Below are positions 38,294 to 47,986 of a stretch of 64,000 bases of DNA, piece by piece. This DNA comes from an uncultured Tenacibaculum sp. Lineage in GTDB: Bacteria > Bacteroidota > Bacteroidia > Flavobacteriales > Flavobacteriaceae. The translations under genes were made by a program, and so were the position numbers. Each line of letters starts with the position of its first letter. Position 1 is the first letter of the stretch. Where the stretch lies: contig CANMWK010000014.1 in assembly GCA_947501615.1 (NCBI GenBank), forward strand, positions 52,120 to 116,119. Reading direction: 5' to 3'. The notes beneath the pieces are model-generated. The model saw nothing but the letters and a program-made list of their open reading frames with translations, was not told the origin of the DNA and did not search any database.

Positions 38294-40747
38294 ATGCTTA
38301 AAAATTATTTCAAAATAGCATGGAGAAACATCATGAAACACAAAGTGTTTTCTTTAATAAATGTTATTGGACTTACCATAGGTTTAAGCGCCTCTTTTAT
38401 TATAGGCTTAATGATTTACTATGATTTTACTTTTGATAATTTTCATAAAGATAATGACCGAATTTTTAGGGTGGTTACTAACTTTAGTAGCCCAGATGGA
38501 AAATCTTTTAATGCTGGTGTAAGCCTTGCTTTAGAAGATGCTATTAAAGACAATACAAACTTTGAAGTTGTTAATAGTATTATTATTGAAACACCTTCAA
38601 TTGTAGAAAATAAAGAAGAAAACATTGTTAAGAAATGGCCGAAATATGTAATTTACACTACTCCAGAATACTTCGATATTTTTGAATATAACTTTTTAGC
38701 TGGAAATAAAAATGAAGCTTTAAAAAATCCTAATCAGGTAATTTTAACGGATACAAGAGCCAAAGAATATTTTCCAAAATTACATCCAGCTGAAATTATA
38801 GGTAAAACTTTAGTTTATAATGATTCTCTACAGATAAAAGTAACTGGTGTAATAGAAAACCTAAAAGGAAGAACAGAATTTATTTTTCAAGAACTTATTT
38901 CTTATCCTACACTTCTTAGTACCCGATTAAGGAGAGATATTCTTAACAAAGATTGGAATATGACAAACTCTGCAAATCAGTTATTTGTTAAAGTAAACGC
39001 CAATGCAAATTTCGATCAGATAAAAAAAGAGTTTAATTATTTAGCTACAACGTATTTAGATGAATATTCTCGTAAACACAATCACTCAAAAGAATTTGCA
39101 TTACAACCTTTAAATGATATCCATTTAAATACGAAATATGAAATTTACGACTGGGAAAAAAGTCGAACTAGTATGACTTTACTCAAAAGCTTAGGTCTAG
39201 TTGTTGTTGTTTTATTGTTACTAGGTTGTATAAATTTCATCAACTTAAATACAGCACAAGCTACACAGCGCTCTAAAGAAATTGGAATTCGAAAAGCCTT
39301 AGGAAGCTCTAGAGAACAATTGATCATCCAATTTATGGGAGAAACTTTTTTATTAGTTTTAATATCAGGTATCTTTTCTTTACTATTATCTAAATGGTTG
39401 TTGCTAGCACTCTCTGATTTTGTACAACAAGGTATAACTATCTCCTTATTTGCAAATCCTATTATGATTATAAGTATAATTCTCTTGTTAGTATTAGTCA
39501 CTTTTTTATCAGGATTTTACCCTGCATTAGTACTCTCTAAAATGAACACAATTTCGGTTCTAAAAAACAGTGTGAGCACAGGTGATAAAAAAGTATTTCT
39601 TAGAAAGTTTTTAACCATATTCCAATTTACCATTGCCCAAATATTTATTATAGCAACGTTACTTGTAGGAAAACAAATTAATTTTTTATTGAGTAAAGAT
39701 ATGGGGTTCAAAACAGAAGCTATTGCTACTATTATTAGCCCTAGAGATGAAAATGAACTAGCAAAAAAAGAATTATTTATACAAAAATTAAAGGCTATTC
39801 CTCAAATTAAAAACGCATGTTTAGGAAATACCACTCCAGCATCTAATACATCTAGCCTGACTACTGCTACACATACCAATAGTAAAGGAGTAATAGCACA
39901 ATCTGATCTTCGAATTATATCAGGAGATGTAAACTATGCTAATCTATTCGATTTAAAACTACTTGCAGGGAAAATATTTAAAAATGATACCATACATGAA
40001 CTTGTAATTAATGAGGCAGCTCGAAAAGTATTTGGTTTTAAGACTCCTGAAGAAGCTATTGGAAAAACTTTAGATTTTGGTGGTGATAAAGTACCGATTG
40101 TTGGCGTCATGTCAGATTTTATTCAAGGTTCACTTCATTATGATATTGTACCTATGGCTCTAAACGGTGATTGGTCTAGACATTATTTCAGAAGCCGATT
40201 TTCACGAACATTTATTGCCTTCGAAAATTTATCTCCAAATGATTTTCGAAATACCTTAGATACCGTTGAGCGTATTTATGGCGAAGTATATACTGAAAGT
40301 CAAGACTATCGTATTAAATTTATGGATGATACCATTAACGAATTTTATAGTAAAGAATATAAAATTTCTAAATTATTAAAGTGGGCAACTGGACTTTCAA
40401 TTTTAATTAGTTGTTTAGGTTTATGGGGGCTTGTTATTTATACCACCAACAGACGTGTAAAAGAAATTGGAATGCGAAAAGTTCTTGGAGCTTCAGTTTT
40501 ACAAATAAACAAATTATTGTGTAAAGAGTTTTTAATTTTAGTAGGTATTGCTTTTATGTTGGCTACTCCAATTGCTTGGTATTTTATTTATAAATGGCTA
40601 CAAGATTTTTCTTATCGAACTGATATTAGTTTTATGACTTTTCTCATAAGTGGTTTTATAATGATTGTTTTTGCTTTAATTGTAATAAGTATTAAAACTA
40701 TTCAAGCTGCAAGTTCTAACCCCGTAAATTCCTTACGTTCAGAATAA
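38294..40747 (+). CDS. ABC transporter permease, duplicated FtsX/MacB-type
   Basis: 817 aa with two MacB_PCD-like periplasmic domains and two FtsX modules (EIGIRKALGSS..., EIGMRKVLGAS...). Confidence 0.85.
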   Translation: MLKNYFKIAWRNIMKHKVFSLINVIGLTIGLSASFIIGLMIYYDFTFDNFHKDNDRIFRVVTNFSSPDGKSFNAGVSLALEDAIKDNTNFEVVNSIIIETPSIVENKEENIVKKWPKYVIYTTPEYFDIFEYNFLAGNKNEALKNPNQVILTDTRAKEYFPKLHPAEIIGKTLVYNDSLQIKVTGVIENLKGRTEFIFQELISYPTLLSTRLRRDILNKDWNMTNSANQLFVKVNANANFDQIKKEFNYLATTYLDEYSRKHNHSKEFALQPLNDIHLNTKYEIYDWEKSRTSMTLLKSLGLVVVVLLLLGCINFINLNTAQATQRSKEIGIRKALGSSREQLIIQFMGETFLLVLISGIFSLLLSKWLLLALSDFVQQGITISLFANPIMIISIILLLVLVTFLSGFYPALVLSKMNTISVLKNSVSTGDKKVFLRKFLTIFQFTIAQIFIIATLLVGKQINFLLSKDMGFKTEAIATIISPRDENELAKKELFIQKLKAIPQIKNACLGNTTPASNTSSLTTATHTNSKGVIAQSDLRIISGDVNYANLFDLKLLAGKIFKNDTIHELVINEAARKVFGFKTPEEAIGKTLDFGGDKVPIVGVMSDFIQGSLHYDIVPMALNGDWSRHYFRSRFSRTFIAFENLSPNDFRNTLDTVERIYGEVYTESQDYRIKFMDDTINEFYSKEYKISKLLKWATGLSILISCLGLWGLVIYTTNRRVKEIGMRKVLGASVLQINKLLCKEFLILVGIAFMLATPIAWYFIYKWLQDFSYRTDISFMTFLISGFIMIVFALIVISIKTIQAASSNPVNSLRSE

Positions 40748-40841
40748 AAACAATAATACACCAACTAATTCGTACCAATCTCAAAACTCTTTCTTTTGGG
40801 ATTGGTACAATGATATTATATAAAATGAGTTATATGTATTA

Positions 40842-41007
40842 AACCCGCATTATGCATTAGAAAATCTATTATGCCTGTAATCTACTTCAAATACTATCGT
40901 AAACTGTGTTTTTTGATTTAATCATAACGATGGCTGAAATCAAAAAAACACTAGTATTTATTGTATATCACAGCCTCATGACGAAGTTCTAATGCATAAT
41001 TCGGGTT
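40842..41007. repeat. nested inverted-repeat element (MITE-like or structured RNA)
   Basis: Outer arms AACCCGCATTATGCATTAGAA (40842-40862) and TTCTAATGCATAATTCGGGTT (40987-41007) are complementary at 20 of 21 positions. The inner hairpin pairs GTGTTTTTTGATTT (40906-40919) with AAATCAAAAAAACAC (40937-40951). Confidence 0.5.
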
Positions 41008-41046
41008 AAAATACTTATCTTAACTTTTGAAAGTTATTAGCATACT

Positions 41047-41922
41047 ATGAAAAAAACTCTTCTTATAATACTTGCAGCTCTGGCTGTTCTTTTTCTTATC
41101 ATGAGAATGAATCCTAAAGGAAAACAGTATACCAATCAAATTGAATCTTTAATTTCATCACCAAAAGAAAATCTAATAAACAAAGAAGGAAATACGATTA
41201 AATCTCGTGTAAAACCACCTAAAGGTTACAAAAGAAACACAATTAAAAACAATTCTTTTCAGCAATATTTAAGAAATTACAAATTAAAAAAACATGGTTC
41301 TCCAATTATTAACTATGATGGTTCTAAATATTTTGCTCAGCATTGGCATGATGCTATTTTAGAAGTTCCTGTACCTAAAAACGGTTTACAACAGTGCGCA
41401 GATGCTTTAATGCGAATTAGAGCTGAGTATTTATGGGATCAAAATCGTAAAAACGAAATCGGATTCAAATTTACTTCAGGTCATTACTGCTCATGGAAAA
41501 AATATGCTGCTGGTTATAGGCCTAAAATTAAAGGTAACAAAGTAAGTTTTCATAAAACAGCCAAACCAGACAACTCTAAATCAAATTTTTACAAATACTT
41601 AAATTTAATTTATACTTATGCAGGAACTGCATCTTTACACAGCGAACTTAAAAAAGTAAACATCAAAAACTTGAAAATTGGAGATATGTTAGTTCAACCT
41701 GGTTTCCCTGGACATATAGAAATTATTGTTGATAGCGCAATTAATGAAAAAGGAGAGCAGCTTTTTTTACTAGCTCAAGGTAATACTCCAGCACAAAGTG
41801 TTTGTTTACTTAGAAATTTTGAAAATGAAAACATTAGCCCTTGGTATAACTTTACTAAAAATTCTACTGTTTATACGCCTAGTTATTATTTTGAAAATCC
41901 TGTTTTTGTTAGATTTAAATAA
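41047..41922 (+). CDS. DUF4846 domain-containing protein
   Basis: N-terminal anchor. The pattern (FQQYLRNYKLK...CADALMRIRAEYLW...PGFPGHIEIIVD) recalls DUF4846. Confidence 0.55.
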   Translation: MKKTLLIILAALAVLFLIMRMNPKGKQYTNQIESLISSPKENLINKEGNTIKSRVKPPKGYKRNTIKNNSFQQYLRNYKLKKHGSPIINYDGSKYFAQHWHDAILEVPVPKNGLQQCADALMRIRAEYLWDQNRKNEIGFKFTSGHYCSWKKYAAGYRPKIKGNKVSFHKTAKPDNSKSNFYKYLNLIYTYAGTASLHSELKKVNIKNLKIGDMLVQPGFPGHIEIIVDSAINEKGEQLFLLAQGNTPAQSVCLLRNFENENISPWYNFTKNSTVYTPSYYFENPVFVRFK

Positions 41923-41943
41923 ACCCTTGTTAGAAATAGTAAC

Positions 41944-42561
41944 ATGAAGCCTTTATTTTACGTAATTTTAGTACTCTTTTGTTATTGTTGTAAAAATTCG
42001 CCAACTACAAAGGTTAATTTACTACATTATAAAAAGATAGATTCTATTTTAAGAACTCGAAATTTCAATCCAAATACTACATATAAACCTTTAAGTCTAC
42101 ATTATAAAGGAAAATCATTTTTAAGCCCAAATCAAACAACCAATACTTTAAAAAATACATTTTCTTACAGACCAGATCCTAATGGTGAATTCTCTCATGA
42201 TTTTAATTACGTAAAAGACTATCTTAGTATAGACGACAATCTTTCAATTAATTTAACTCAAGGCTCTGTAAATGGAATTCTTTTTTTCTCTTCTGATCAA
42301 AAGTACAATCGTATATTTAGTATCTCTGGCTATTGGACTATCGACTCTAAGCTGATAAAAGACAATCCTTCAGAAATAATTACGCAAATTTCAAAACAAC
42401 TTTTCCCTGTGCTAAAAGGTAAATTCGAACTTAAAAAAAATTGGAATTACCAGCATAAAAAAGACAACTATATCGAACATTTTTCTATAGAAACTCCTGA
42501 TGAAAATAGTCTTTTTTGGAATTTACATTATAAAATACATTTCCTTAAAGAACAATCTTAA
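41944..42561 (+). CDS. hypothetical lipoprotein
   Basis: Signal and lipobox-like N-terminus (VLFCYCCKNS). No family recognised. Confidence 0.45.
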   Translation: MKPLFYVILVLFCYCCKNSPTTKVNLLHYKKIDSILRTRNFNPNTTYKPLSLHYKGKSFLSPNQTTNTLKNTFSYRPDPNGEFSHDFNYVKDYLSIDDNLSINLTQGSVNGILFFSSDQKYNRIFSISGYWTIDSKLIKDNPSEIITQISKQLFPVLKGKFELKKNWNYQHKKDNYIEHFSIETPDENSLFWNLHYKIHFLKEQS

Positions 42562-42592
42562 AAATATAATTTCAACGTAAATAATATTATTT

Positions 42593-43411
42593 TTACAATG
42601 TATTCACTACTTTTCTAATTGCAACCAAATTAGAAAGTAATTGTTCTAAATAATCTAAATGTAGCATATTTGCGCCATCTGATTTTGCATTTGCAGGATC
42701 AAAATGTGTCTCAATAAATAAACCATCTACATTGTTTACAACTCCTGCCCTAGCTATTGTTTCAATCATATCTGGTCTTCCACCTGTAACACCAGAACTT
42801 TGGTTAGGCTGTTGTAACGAGTGTGTTACATCTAAAACTGTAGGTGCATATTTTCTCATCGTAGGAATTCCACGAAAATCTACTAACAAATCTTGATAAC
42901 CAAACATAGTACCTCGTTCAGTAATCCAAGCTTGTTCGTTTCCTGAGTCTTTTACCTTTCTCACTGCATGTTCCATAGCTTCCGGACTCATAAACTGTCC
43001 TTTTTTCAAGTTCACAACTTTTCCAGTTTTTGCCGCTGCAACTACTAAGTCAGTTTGACGAACTAAAAACGCAGGTATTTGTAAAACATCAACATACTCC
43101 GCAGCTTTTTCAGCATCAGCTATTTCATGAATATCAGTAACTGTAGGTACATTAAATGTTTCAGAAACTTTTTTTAAAATTTTCAAAGCTTTTTCATCAC
43201 CAATACCTGTAAAACTATCAATTCTACTTCTATTTGCTTTTTTAAAACTTCCTTTAAAAATATATGGAATTTCTAATTTATCTGTAATTGCTACAACTTT
43301 TTCAGCAATTCGTAAAGCCATATCTTCTCCTTCAATAGCGCAAGGGCCAGAAAGTAAAAAGAAATTATTAGTATCTGTATGTTTTATTTTAGGTATACGA
43401 TGTAAATCCAT
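42593..43411 (-). CDS. kdsA: 3-deoxy-8-phosphooctulonate (KDO8P) synthase
   Basis: 272 aa with conserved segments LLSGPCAIE, YIFKGSFKKANRSS-like, VTDIHE, LQIPAFLVRQTDL and VTHSLQQP. Confidence 0.9.
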   Translation of the reverse strand: MDLHRIPKIKHTDTNNFFLLSGPCAIEGEDMALRIAEKVVAITDKLEIPYIFKGSFKKANRSRIDSFTGIGDEKALKILKKVSETFNVPTVTDIHEIADAEKAAEYVDVLQIPAFLVRQTDLVVAAAKTGKVVNLKKGQFMSPEAMEHAVRKVKDSGNEQAWITERGTMFGYQDLLVDFRGIPTMRKYAPTVLDVTHSLQQPNQSSGVTGGRPDMIETIARAGVVNNVDGLFIETHFDPANAKSDGANMLHLDYLEQLLSNLVAIRKVVNTL

Positions 43412-43475
43412 TATAAAAATTTTGACAAATTTAAGGAATAAAAATAGCTATCTTTAGCTTTTAATTTAATTACTT

Positions 43476-44567
43476 ATGAAAACTCTTCTTTACTATTTTT
43501 TATGTTTAGTTTCCCTTTTTTTTACAAGTAGTTGTGCTATTAACACAAATGGTGGTAATGGACAACCTGGTAAACCTGGAATAAACGGAAAAAAAGGTGA
43601 AGATGGGGAAAAAGGTAAGGATGGAAAGGACTTTCACCTCATATCTACAGGTAAAAAGTCTAACAATCATAAAAAATTAACTTCAAAAGACAACACACTT
43701 ACTATTGATACTAGTTTAGTTAGAACGCATTTATACACTTTAGCTTCTGATGAAATGCAAGGTAGAGCAACAGGAACGCCTGGAATAGAAAAAGCAGCAC
43801 AATATATAGAAGGTGAATTTGAAAAAATTGGATTAAAAACTTTTCAAAATTCAGAAACGTATCGACAAAACTTTGTTCAACAAGACATAAAAATGTTTAA
43901 TATTATTGGTGTTTTAGAAGGAAAAAGTAAAAAAGATGAATTTGTAGTAATATCAGCACATTATGATCATATTGGTATGAAAAAAAGCGGTGAAGGAGAT
44001 CGAATTTATAATGGTGCAAATGATGATGCTTCAGGCGTAGTTGGTGTATTAACCTTAGCTAAATACTTTGCTGAACATGCAGATAACGAAAGAAGTATTG
44101 TTTTTGTATGTTTTACAGCTGAAGAAATAGGATTAGTAGGTTCTAAATATTTTGGAAAACAAATTGACCCTAAACAATACATTGCAGGAATAAATTTAGA
44201 AATGATTGGAAAAGAACCTAAAACTGGACCAAAAACAGCTTGGCTAACAGGATTTAATCGTTCTAATTTTGGGAAAATAATTCAAAAAAACCTACAAGGA
44301 AGTGATTATAAAGTTTATCCAGATCCTTATAAGAAGTTTGGTTTATTTTTTAGATCAGATAATGCACCTTTAGCTCGATTAGGCATTCCTTCTCATACTT
44401 TCTCTACAACTCAAATAGATACCGATACCGATTATCACAAAGTTACAGACGAAGCCGAAACTTTAAATGTGTCTGTATTATCTGAAACTATTAAAGCAGT
44501 GTGGATAAGTACAAGATCTATTATAAATGGAAAAGACACACCTACAAGAGTTATACTCGACAAATAA
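43476..44567 (+). CDS. M28 family metallopeptidase lipoprotein with N-terminal collagen-like Gly-X-Y stretch
   Basis: Lipobox FFTSSC. Nine consecutive G-X-Y triplets at 43551-43631 (GGN GQP GKP GIN GKK GED GEK GKD GKD). M28 motifs SAHYDH, GANDDASGV, FTAEEIGLVGS. Confidence 0.8.
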   Translation: MKTLLYYFLCLVSLFFTSSCAINTNGGNGQPGKPGINGKKGEDGEKGKDGKDFHLISTGKKSNNHKKLTSKDNTLTIDTSLVRTHLYTLASDEMQGRATGTPGIEKAAQYIEGEFEKIGLKTFQNSETYRQNFVQQDIKMFNIIGVLEGKSKKDEFVVISAHYDHIGMKKSGEGDRIYNGANDDASGVVGVLTLAKYFAEHADNERSIVFVCFTAEEIGLVGSKYFGKQIDPKQYIAGINLEMIGKEPKTGPKTAWLTGFNRSNFGKIIQKNLQGSDYKVYPDPYKKFGLFFRSDNAPLARLGIPSHTFSTTQIDTDTDYHKVTDEAETLNVSVLSETIKAVWISTRSIINGKDTPTRVILDK

Positions 44568-44893
44568 ATAGTATGTTCTTAATAGAAACACTTATTAAAA
44601 AATCTAAAAGGTAATAATCATCGTCAAGTTGTTTTATTTCAGTTTCTCATAACATTATCAAAATAATGAAATTCGGAATGACGCTATCGTATGTTTTTCA
44701 AATCTCTTTTTATTGAAATTATTTTTTATCCACAAAACGATTCTTATTTGTAATAAACAACAATTAAAAAATATTCTTTTGCATACGTTTTTATCAAAAA
44801 AACAAAAAAAACATTAAAAAATACATATATGATAAATTTTTAATCTTTTTTTTAATATATTCGTGTCAACAAATTAAAAAACCCTTCAAAAGA

Positions 44894-46390
44894 ATGAAAA
44901 AATTACTACTTACCCTAGCGGTGGCTGGGGCTATTGTGTCGTGTTCTAAAAACGATGAAGTTATTGATCAGCCAACACTTGAAACTCAATCGGAACTTCT
45001 TTCAAAAAGTAAAATCAATTTGATAATTCAAGAATCTCTAGAGATGAATGGAGATTTTGATTGGATGAGTACCAATGCGCAAACAATATGGAGTGCAGTT
45101 AAACATGGAAATAATATATTAACCATTGGATATGGTAGTGACCCTAGCCAATTTCAAAGAAGTGCAGCTTCAAATTCTATAAAGGACAAACTTATAGGTT
45201 TAGTTAGATCTATAGAAAATAAAGATAATGCTACAGCCTCTAGAGCTACTGATGACCTGTATGTTGATGAAAACATTAATGTTATAGACATTAAGGTCGA
45301 AAATATTGCTACTATAGAAGCTTTATTGAAAGATACTACTGTTCGTTATTTAGAACCAGCATCGTATAGTTTTCAAGAAGCAGATGGTGTTAGTGCTAGG
45401 TCTGGTGAAGGATTTGGTTGTGGTTTCAGATCTCAAAATATAGCTTCTGCCGATTTTAGAACTGTATCACCTGCTGCAAGAGTGCCTTGGAATTTTGATA
45501 TCCATAACATCCCTGCTGCATGGAATTATAGTACTGGTAGAGGGGTAACAGTTGCTGTTATTGACTCTGGATTATCTCCTGGACAGCGATTTATGAATCA
45601 AAATTTTAATACTGGGCAGTCTTCAGGAAGGTCAGTTCAAAAATTTGGAACGTACATAGATTCTATTTGGCCTTGGTCGAATAATTACGATGGTGTAAAC
45701 GATAAATGTGGACATGGTACTAATATGGCGGCAGTGGCTACTGCTCCTAGAAATGGAAATAATTTACCTGTTGGTGTGGCTTATAATGCTAATTTAGTTA
45801 CCTACAGAGCAGTTCAAAATGTATTAATAGATGATTATCATGAAAAAAGAGGTGTTTCTGAAGCATTAACAGCCCTTGGAAATAGAAGTGATGTTAAAAT
45901 TATTTCAATGTCAATTGGCTCTCCTTTTGGTATTTCAAGAGTTAGAGATGCTATTAAATATGCCTACAATAGAGGAAAAATGATTATTGCTGCTGGTGGA
46001 ACTTCTACTTCATTTACAACTTGGTTTGGAGTTATTTTCCCTGCAAACATGAATGAAACTGTTGCTGTAACTGGATTAAAAGAAGGTAGGTATGTGAGAT
46101 GTAGTAACTGTCACTCTGGCTCAAAAATAGATTTCACTATAGAAATGGAAAGAAATTCAGGTAGTCTTGTTCCTGTTTTAAGTTCTAATAATGGTGCTGC
46201 TAGATATGTTGGTGGATCTTCTGTTGCAACGGCAACCACTGCAGGAATTGCTGCTTTAGTGTGGTCTAAAAACCCAACATGGACACGTGCTCAAGTATTA
46301 GATAAAATGAAAAGAGCTGGTGAATTTTATCCTAATAAAAACTCTAGCTTTGGGTATGGTAATATTGATGCTTTAAAAGCTGTTAGATAA
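44894..46390 (+). CDS. S8 family (subtilisin-like) serine peptidase lipoprotein
   Basis: Lipobox AIVSC. Catalytic triad context VAVIDSGL (Asp), CGHGTNMA (His), GGSSVATATTAG (Ser). Confidence 0.8.
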   Translation: MKKLLLTLAVAGAIVSCSKNDEVIDQPTLETQSELLSKSKINLIIQESLEMNGDFDWMSTNAQTIWSAVKHGNNILTIGYGSDPSQFQRSAASNSIKDKLIGLVRSIENKDNATASRATDDLYVDENINVIDIKVENIATIEALLKDTTVRYLEPASYSFQEADGVSARSGEGFGCGFRSQNIASADFRTVSPAARVPWNFDIHNIPAAWNYSTGRGVTVAVIDSGLSPGQRFMNQNFNTGQSSGRSVQKFGTYIDSIWPWSNNYDGVNDKCGHGTNMAAVATAPRNGNNLPVGVAYNANLVTYRAVQNVLIDDYHEKRGVSEALTALGNRSDVKIISMSIGSPFGISRVRDAIKYAYNRGKMIIAAGGTSTSFTTWFGVIFPANMNETVAVTGLKEGRYVRCSNCHSGSKIDFTIEMERNSGSLVPVLSSNNGAARYVGGSSVATATTAGIAALVWSKNPTWTRAQVLDKMKRAGEFYPNKNSSFGYGNIDALKAVR

Positions 46391-46414
46391 AAAACAAATT
46401 TAATTATAGAATGC

Positions 46415-46443
46415 AAACCTCACTTAATCAGTGAGGTTTTTTT
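46415..46443 (+). terminator. rho-independent terminator after the S8 peptidase gene
   Basis: AAACCTCACT pairs with AGTGAGGTTT (10-bp stem, loop TAATC), followed by a T-run. Confidence 0.7.
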
Positions 46444-46549
46444 GTATTTATTTTTTAGTTTGGCATGATGTTAGTTATTATTTTTGTATATCAAAAAAAA
46501 AATGATATATTAAAAATATCATACATTTGTAGAACAAAATTAATTCCCA

Positions 46550-46945
46550 ATGAAGAAAATTACTTTAATTATCTGTTTACTTTTTATTTCGACAACCATT
46601 TTCTGTCAAGATAGAGAAGGTTCTCTTTTTTACTCTTTTGTTGAAAAAACTGATACTGAATATAAAATTAATATAGATATTTATGAGCCTGGTAGAGTTG
46701 AATTTATTAAAATAGAACTTGTTGATGAAAATAAAAATGAACTAACAGTAGAAACTGCTGAGTTAGCTAGAAGACAAGGAAAATACTATTTAAAATTTAA
46801 TAATGAAGAAAAAGTAGTCGCTCATCAAGATATTAATTTGATTATTAAAAACGAGTACAAAGACACTAAGTATCCTCAAATTAACATAAAGTTACTGGAT
46901 AACTTACTTAGAGTTATTGATTACTCTCAAAAAATATTTTATTAA
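46550..46945 (+). CDS. hypothetical secreted protein
   Basis: 131 aa with a signal peptide (LLFISTTIFCQ). No family recognised. Confidence 0.5.
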   Translation: MKKITLIICLLFISTTIFCQDREGSLFYSFVEKTDTEYKINIDIYEPGRVEFIKIELVDENKNELTVETAELARRQGKYYLKFNNEEKVVAHQDINLIIKNEYKDTKYPQINIKLLDNLLRVIDYSQKIFY

Positions 46946-46949
46946 ACAG

Positions 46950-46982
46950 AAAATCCTGAGAAGCAATTTCTCAGGATTTTTT
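46950..46982. terminator. bidirectional terminator between convergent genes
   Basis: AAATCCTGAGAA (46951-46962) pairs with TTCTCAGGATTT (46968-46979). It is flanked by A- and T-runs. Confidence 0.7.
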
Positions 46983-47003
46983 ATTTTATTGATATATTAC
47001 CAA

Positions 47004-47840
47004 TTAGTATAAGAAACGTAATGCGGTAATGTCATTAGGACCAAACTCTCCATCATCACTTGCACTAAAACAAGCAATCATAACAGAAGTAGGATCGTAA
47101 CCTGCAGGAGTACCTGGAACTGCATTAGCACCTACACCAGCAGTACCTTCATTTGTGTTTTGTCCACAACTTTGTCTTGTTTGATAATCTGTGTGACGGA
47201 AACCTACAGAGTGACCTATCTCATGAGTAATCACATGCTCATTTACATTAGTTGAGAAACCTTCTAATCCGAAAATTTGAACAAATTTAAAAGGATTTCC
47301 GTTAGTAGGAAAACCAGCAGATCCACCAGACCCACTCTCATTTGGATTGTTGTATACAACCATATCCTGTGGTTGGTAATTTGTACCAAATGTTAAATTA
47401 AATCTAATTGTTAAATTTAATCTATTGTAGTTGTTAACTGCCCATTGTAAAGCTGTTTGAGCTTTACTCGACAATCCGAAACCTCCACCACCAGTGAATC
47501 CGATGATGTTAATTACAGTGTTTTGAGCTACTAAATTATTAGTGTAGTAGTTTCTTCCTGATAACTCTTGTAAATTAGGCAAACTGTTTATTTCTGCTTC
47601 AGTCATATGAATGTCACCTTCAATTTGATACATAGGAGTAAACTCACCGTTTGGTAATACATAGTCTACTTTTTTAGCACCGTCAGGGTTCATATCAAAA
47701 TTTGCTAATTTAGCAACGATTTCAGTAGAGACTCCATTTTCAGCCACAGCTTCAGGCTGATTGTTGTCTTCTGATTGACATGCGAAAAAACTCGCACCTA
47801 CTAATAATAATGCAACTCGGGAGAATTTCATTTTTTTCAT
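47004..47840 (-). CDS. M57-like (HEIGH) zinc metalloprotease lipoprotein
   Basis: Lipobox GASFFAC. Zinc motif HVITHEIGHSVGFRHTD. Confidence 0.75.
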   Translation of the reverse strand: MKKMKFSRVALLLVGASFFACQSEDNNQPEAVAENGVSTEIVAKLANFDMNPDGAKKVDYVLPNGEFTPMYQIEGDIHMTEAEINSLPNLQELSGRNYYTNNLVAQNTVINIIGFTGGGGFGLSSKAQTALQWAVNNYNRLNLTIRFNLTFGTNYQPQDMVVYNNPNESGSGGSAGFPTNGNPFKFVQIFGLEGFSTNVNEHVITHEIGHSVGFRHTDYQTRQSCGQNTNEGTAGVGANAVPGTPAGYDPTSVMIACFSASDDGEFGPNDITALRFLY

Positions 47841-47950
47841 CTTTAAATGATTTTTTAATGGTTATTAATTAAATTTTTAACGAAATTATGACTTTTTATT
47901 AATGGTTTTAACATTTATTAAGAATTTTAACAACATAAATATTACAAATC

Positions 47951-47986
47951 ATAAAAAAGACAAATGTTACAAAAATTAAACATTTG
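47951..47986 (-). terminator. strand-specific terminator-like hairpin between the repeat region and the M57 gene
   Basis: CAAATGTT (47961-47968) pairs with AACATTTG (47979-47986). On the minus strand the hairpin is followed by TCTTTTTTAT. There is no T-run on the plus strand. Confidence 0.4.
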
